64,000 nucleotides of DNA from Enoplolaimus lenunculus (lineage: Eukaryota). Below the pieces are notes generated by a model. It had not been told where the DNA came from and did not search any database. It worked only from the letters and a program-made list of their open reading frames with translations. Made by a program: the position numbers and the translations under genes. Of the stretch, positions 63,494-64,000 are shown piece by piece (position 1 is the stretch's first letter; each line of letters opens with the position of its first letter). The stretch covers positions 434,001 to 498,000 of the forward strand of contig JASANG010000424.1 of NCBI GenBank assembly GCA_030248215.1, in the 5' to 3' direction.

Positions 63494-64000
63494 TCGCAAA
63501 AGAAACTGACTATTTGAGACATTGACTTTGTTCAGAGGCGGATCCAAAAATTTCCCACAGGGAGGGGGGCGGACTGGCAACTGTTATGAAACGCAAAAAT
63601 TGTAAGGTAGGGTACCTTACAATTTTATCAACAAAACATTTTTAAGGGGTAAAATTGTAAGACTTTATCACAAAGAAATTTCTGAGGGCAAAAATTCTAT
63701 TTATTACAAAATTTTTCTGATGGGGAAATTTCTAAGGTAGCGTTTTTATCATTTTATCGCAAGAACAATTCTGACGTGGGGGGGGGCAAAATATATACCC
63801 AGAACAAGCGAGAGTTGCCTTGACGATGAGCATCAAGCTCTTATAGTTGAGCGGTGGTGGTAAACGGGTCCAATCCGAGGGTCCAAGATTCGAATCCTAA
63901 TTTGAAAACTGGCAGTTTTTTAAATATACTCGTTTGGCCAAGAGTTAAATTTTGAAATACATTCGCTTAATCTAACTGCACACCAAAAATTGGTGAGTCA

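Overview
This is AT-rich, intron-containing, repeat-dense eukaryotic DNA. TTAGGC telomere-type repeats, cuticle collagens and TTTCAG-type acceptors identify it as nematode; the species cannot be determined from the sequence alone. I reconstructed the genes by hand from splice sites and frame continuity: (1) three internal exons of a Cys-loop ligand-gated anion channel (minus strand, running off the left edge); (2,3) two tandem three-exon cuticle collagens (minus); (4) an 11-exon hnRNP K orthologue (minus); (5) a divergently transcribed five-exon ATP12/ATPAF2 (plus); and (6) the 3' exons of a small PAN/Apple-domain protein (plus). Most of the rest consists of short non-autonomous DNA transposons: two CACTG-ended families, hAT-like elements with 8-bp TSDs, a TTAA-specific piggyBac-like family and GGCC-ended elements. 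No transposase ORF is visible. The most unusual observations are MITEs whose cargo is telomeric repeat, a piggyBac-like MITE and a second repeat family each carrying a tRNA-like Pol III promoter module, and a structured C-rich element plus candidate cassette/poison exons in hnRNP K introns. None of this was checked against databases.
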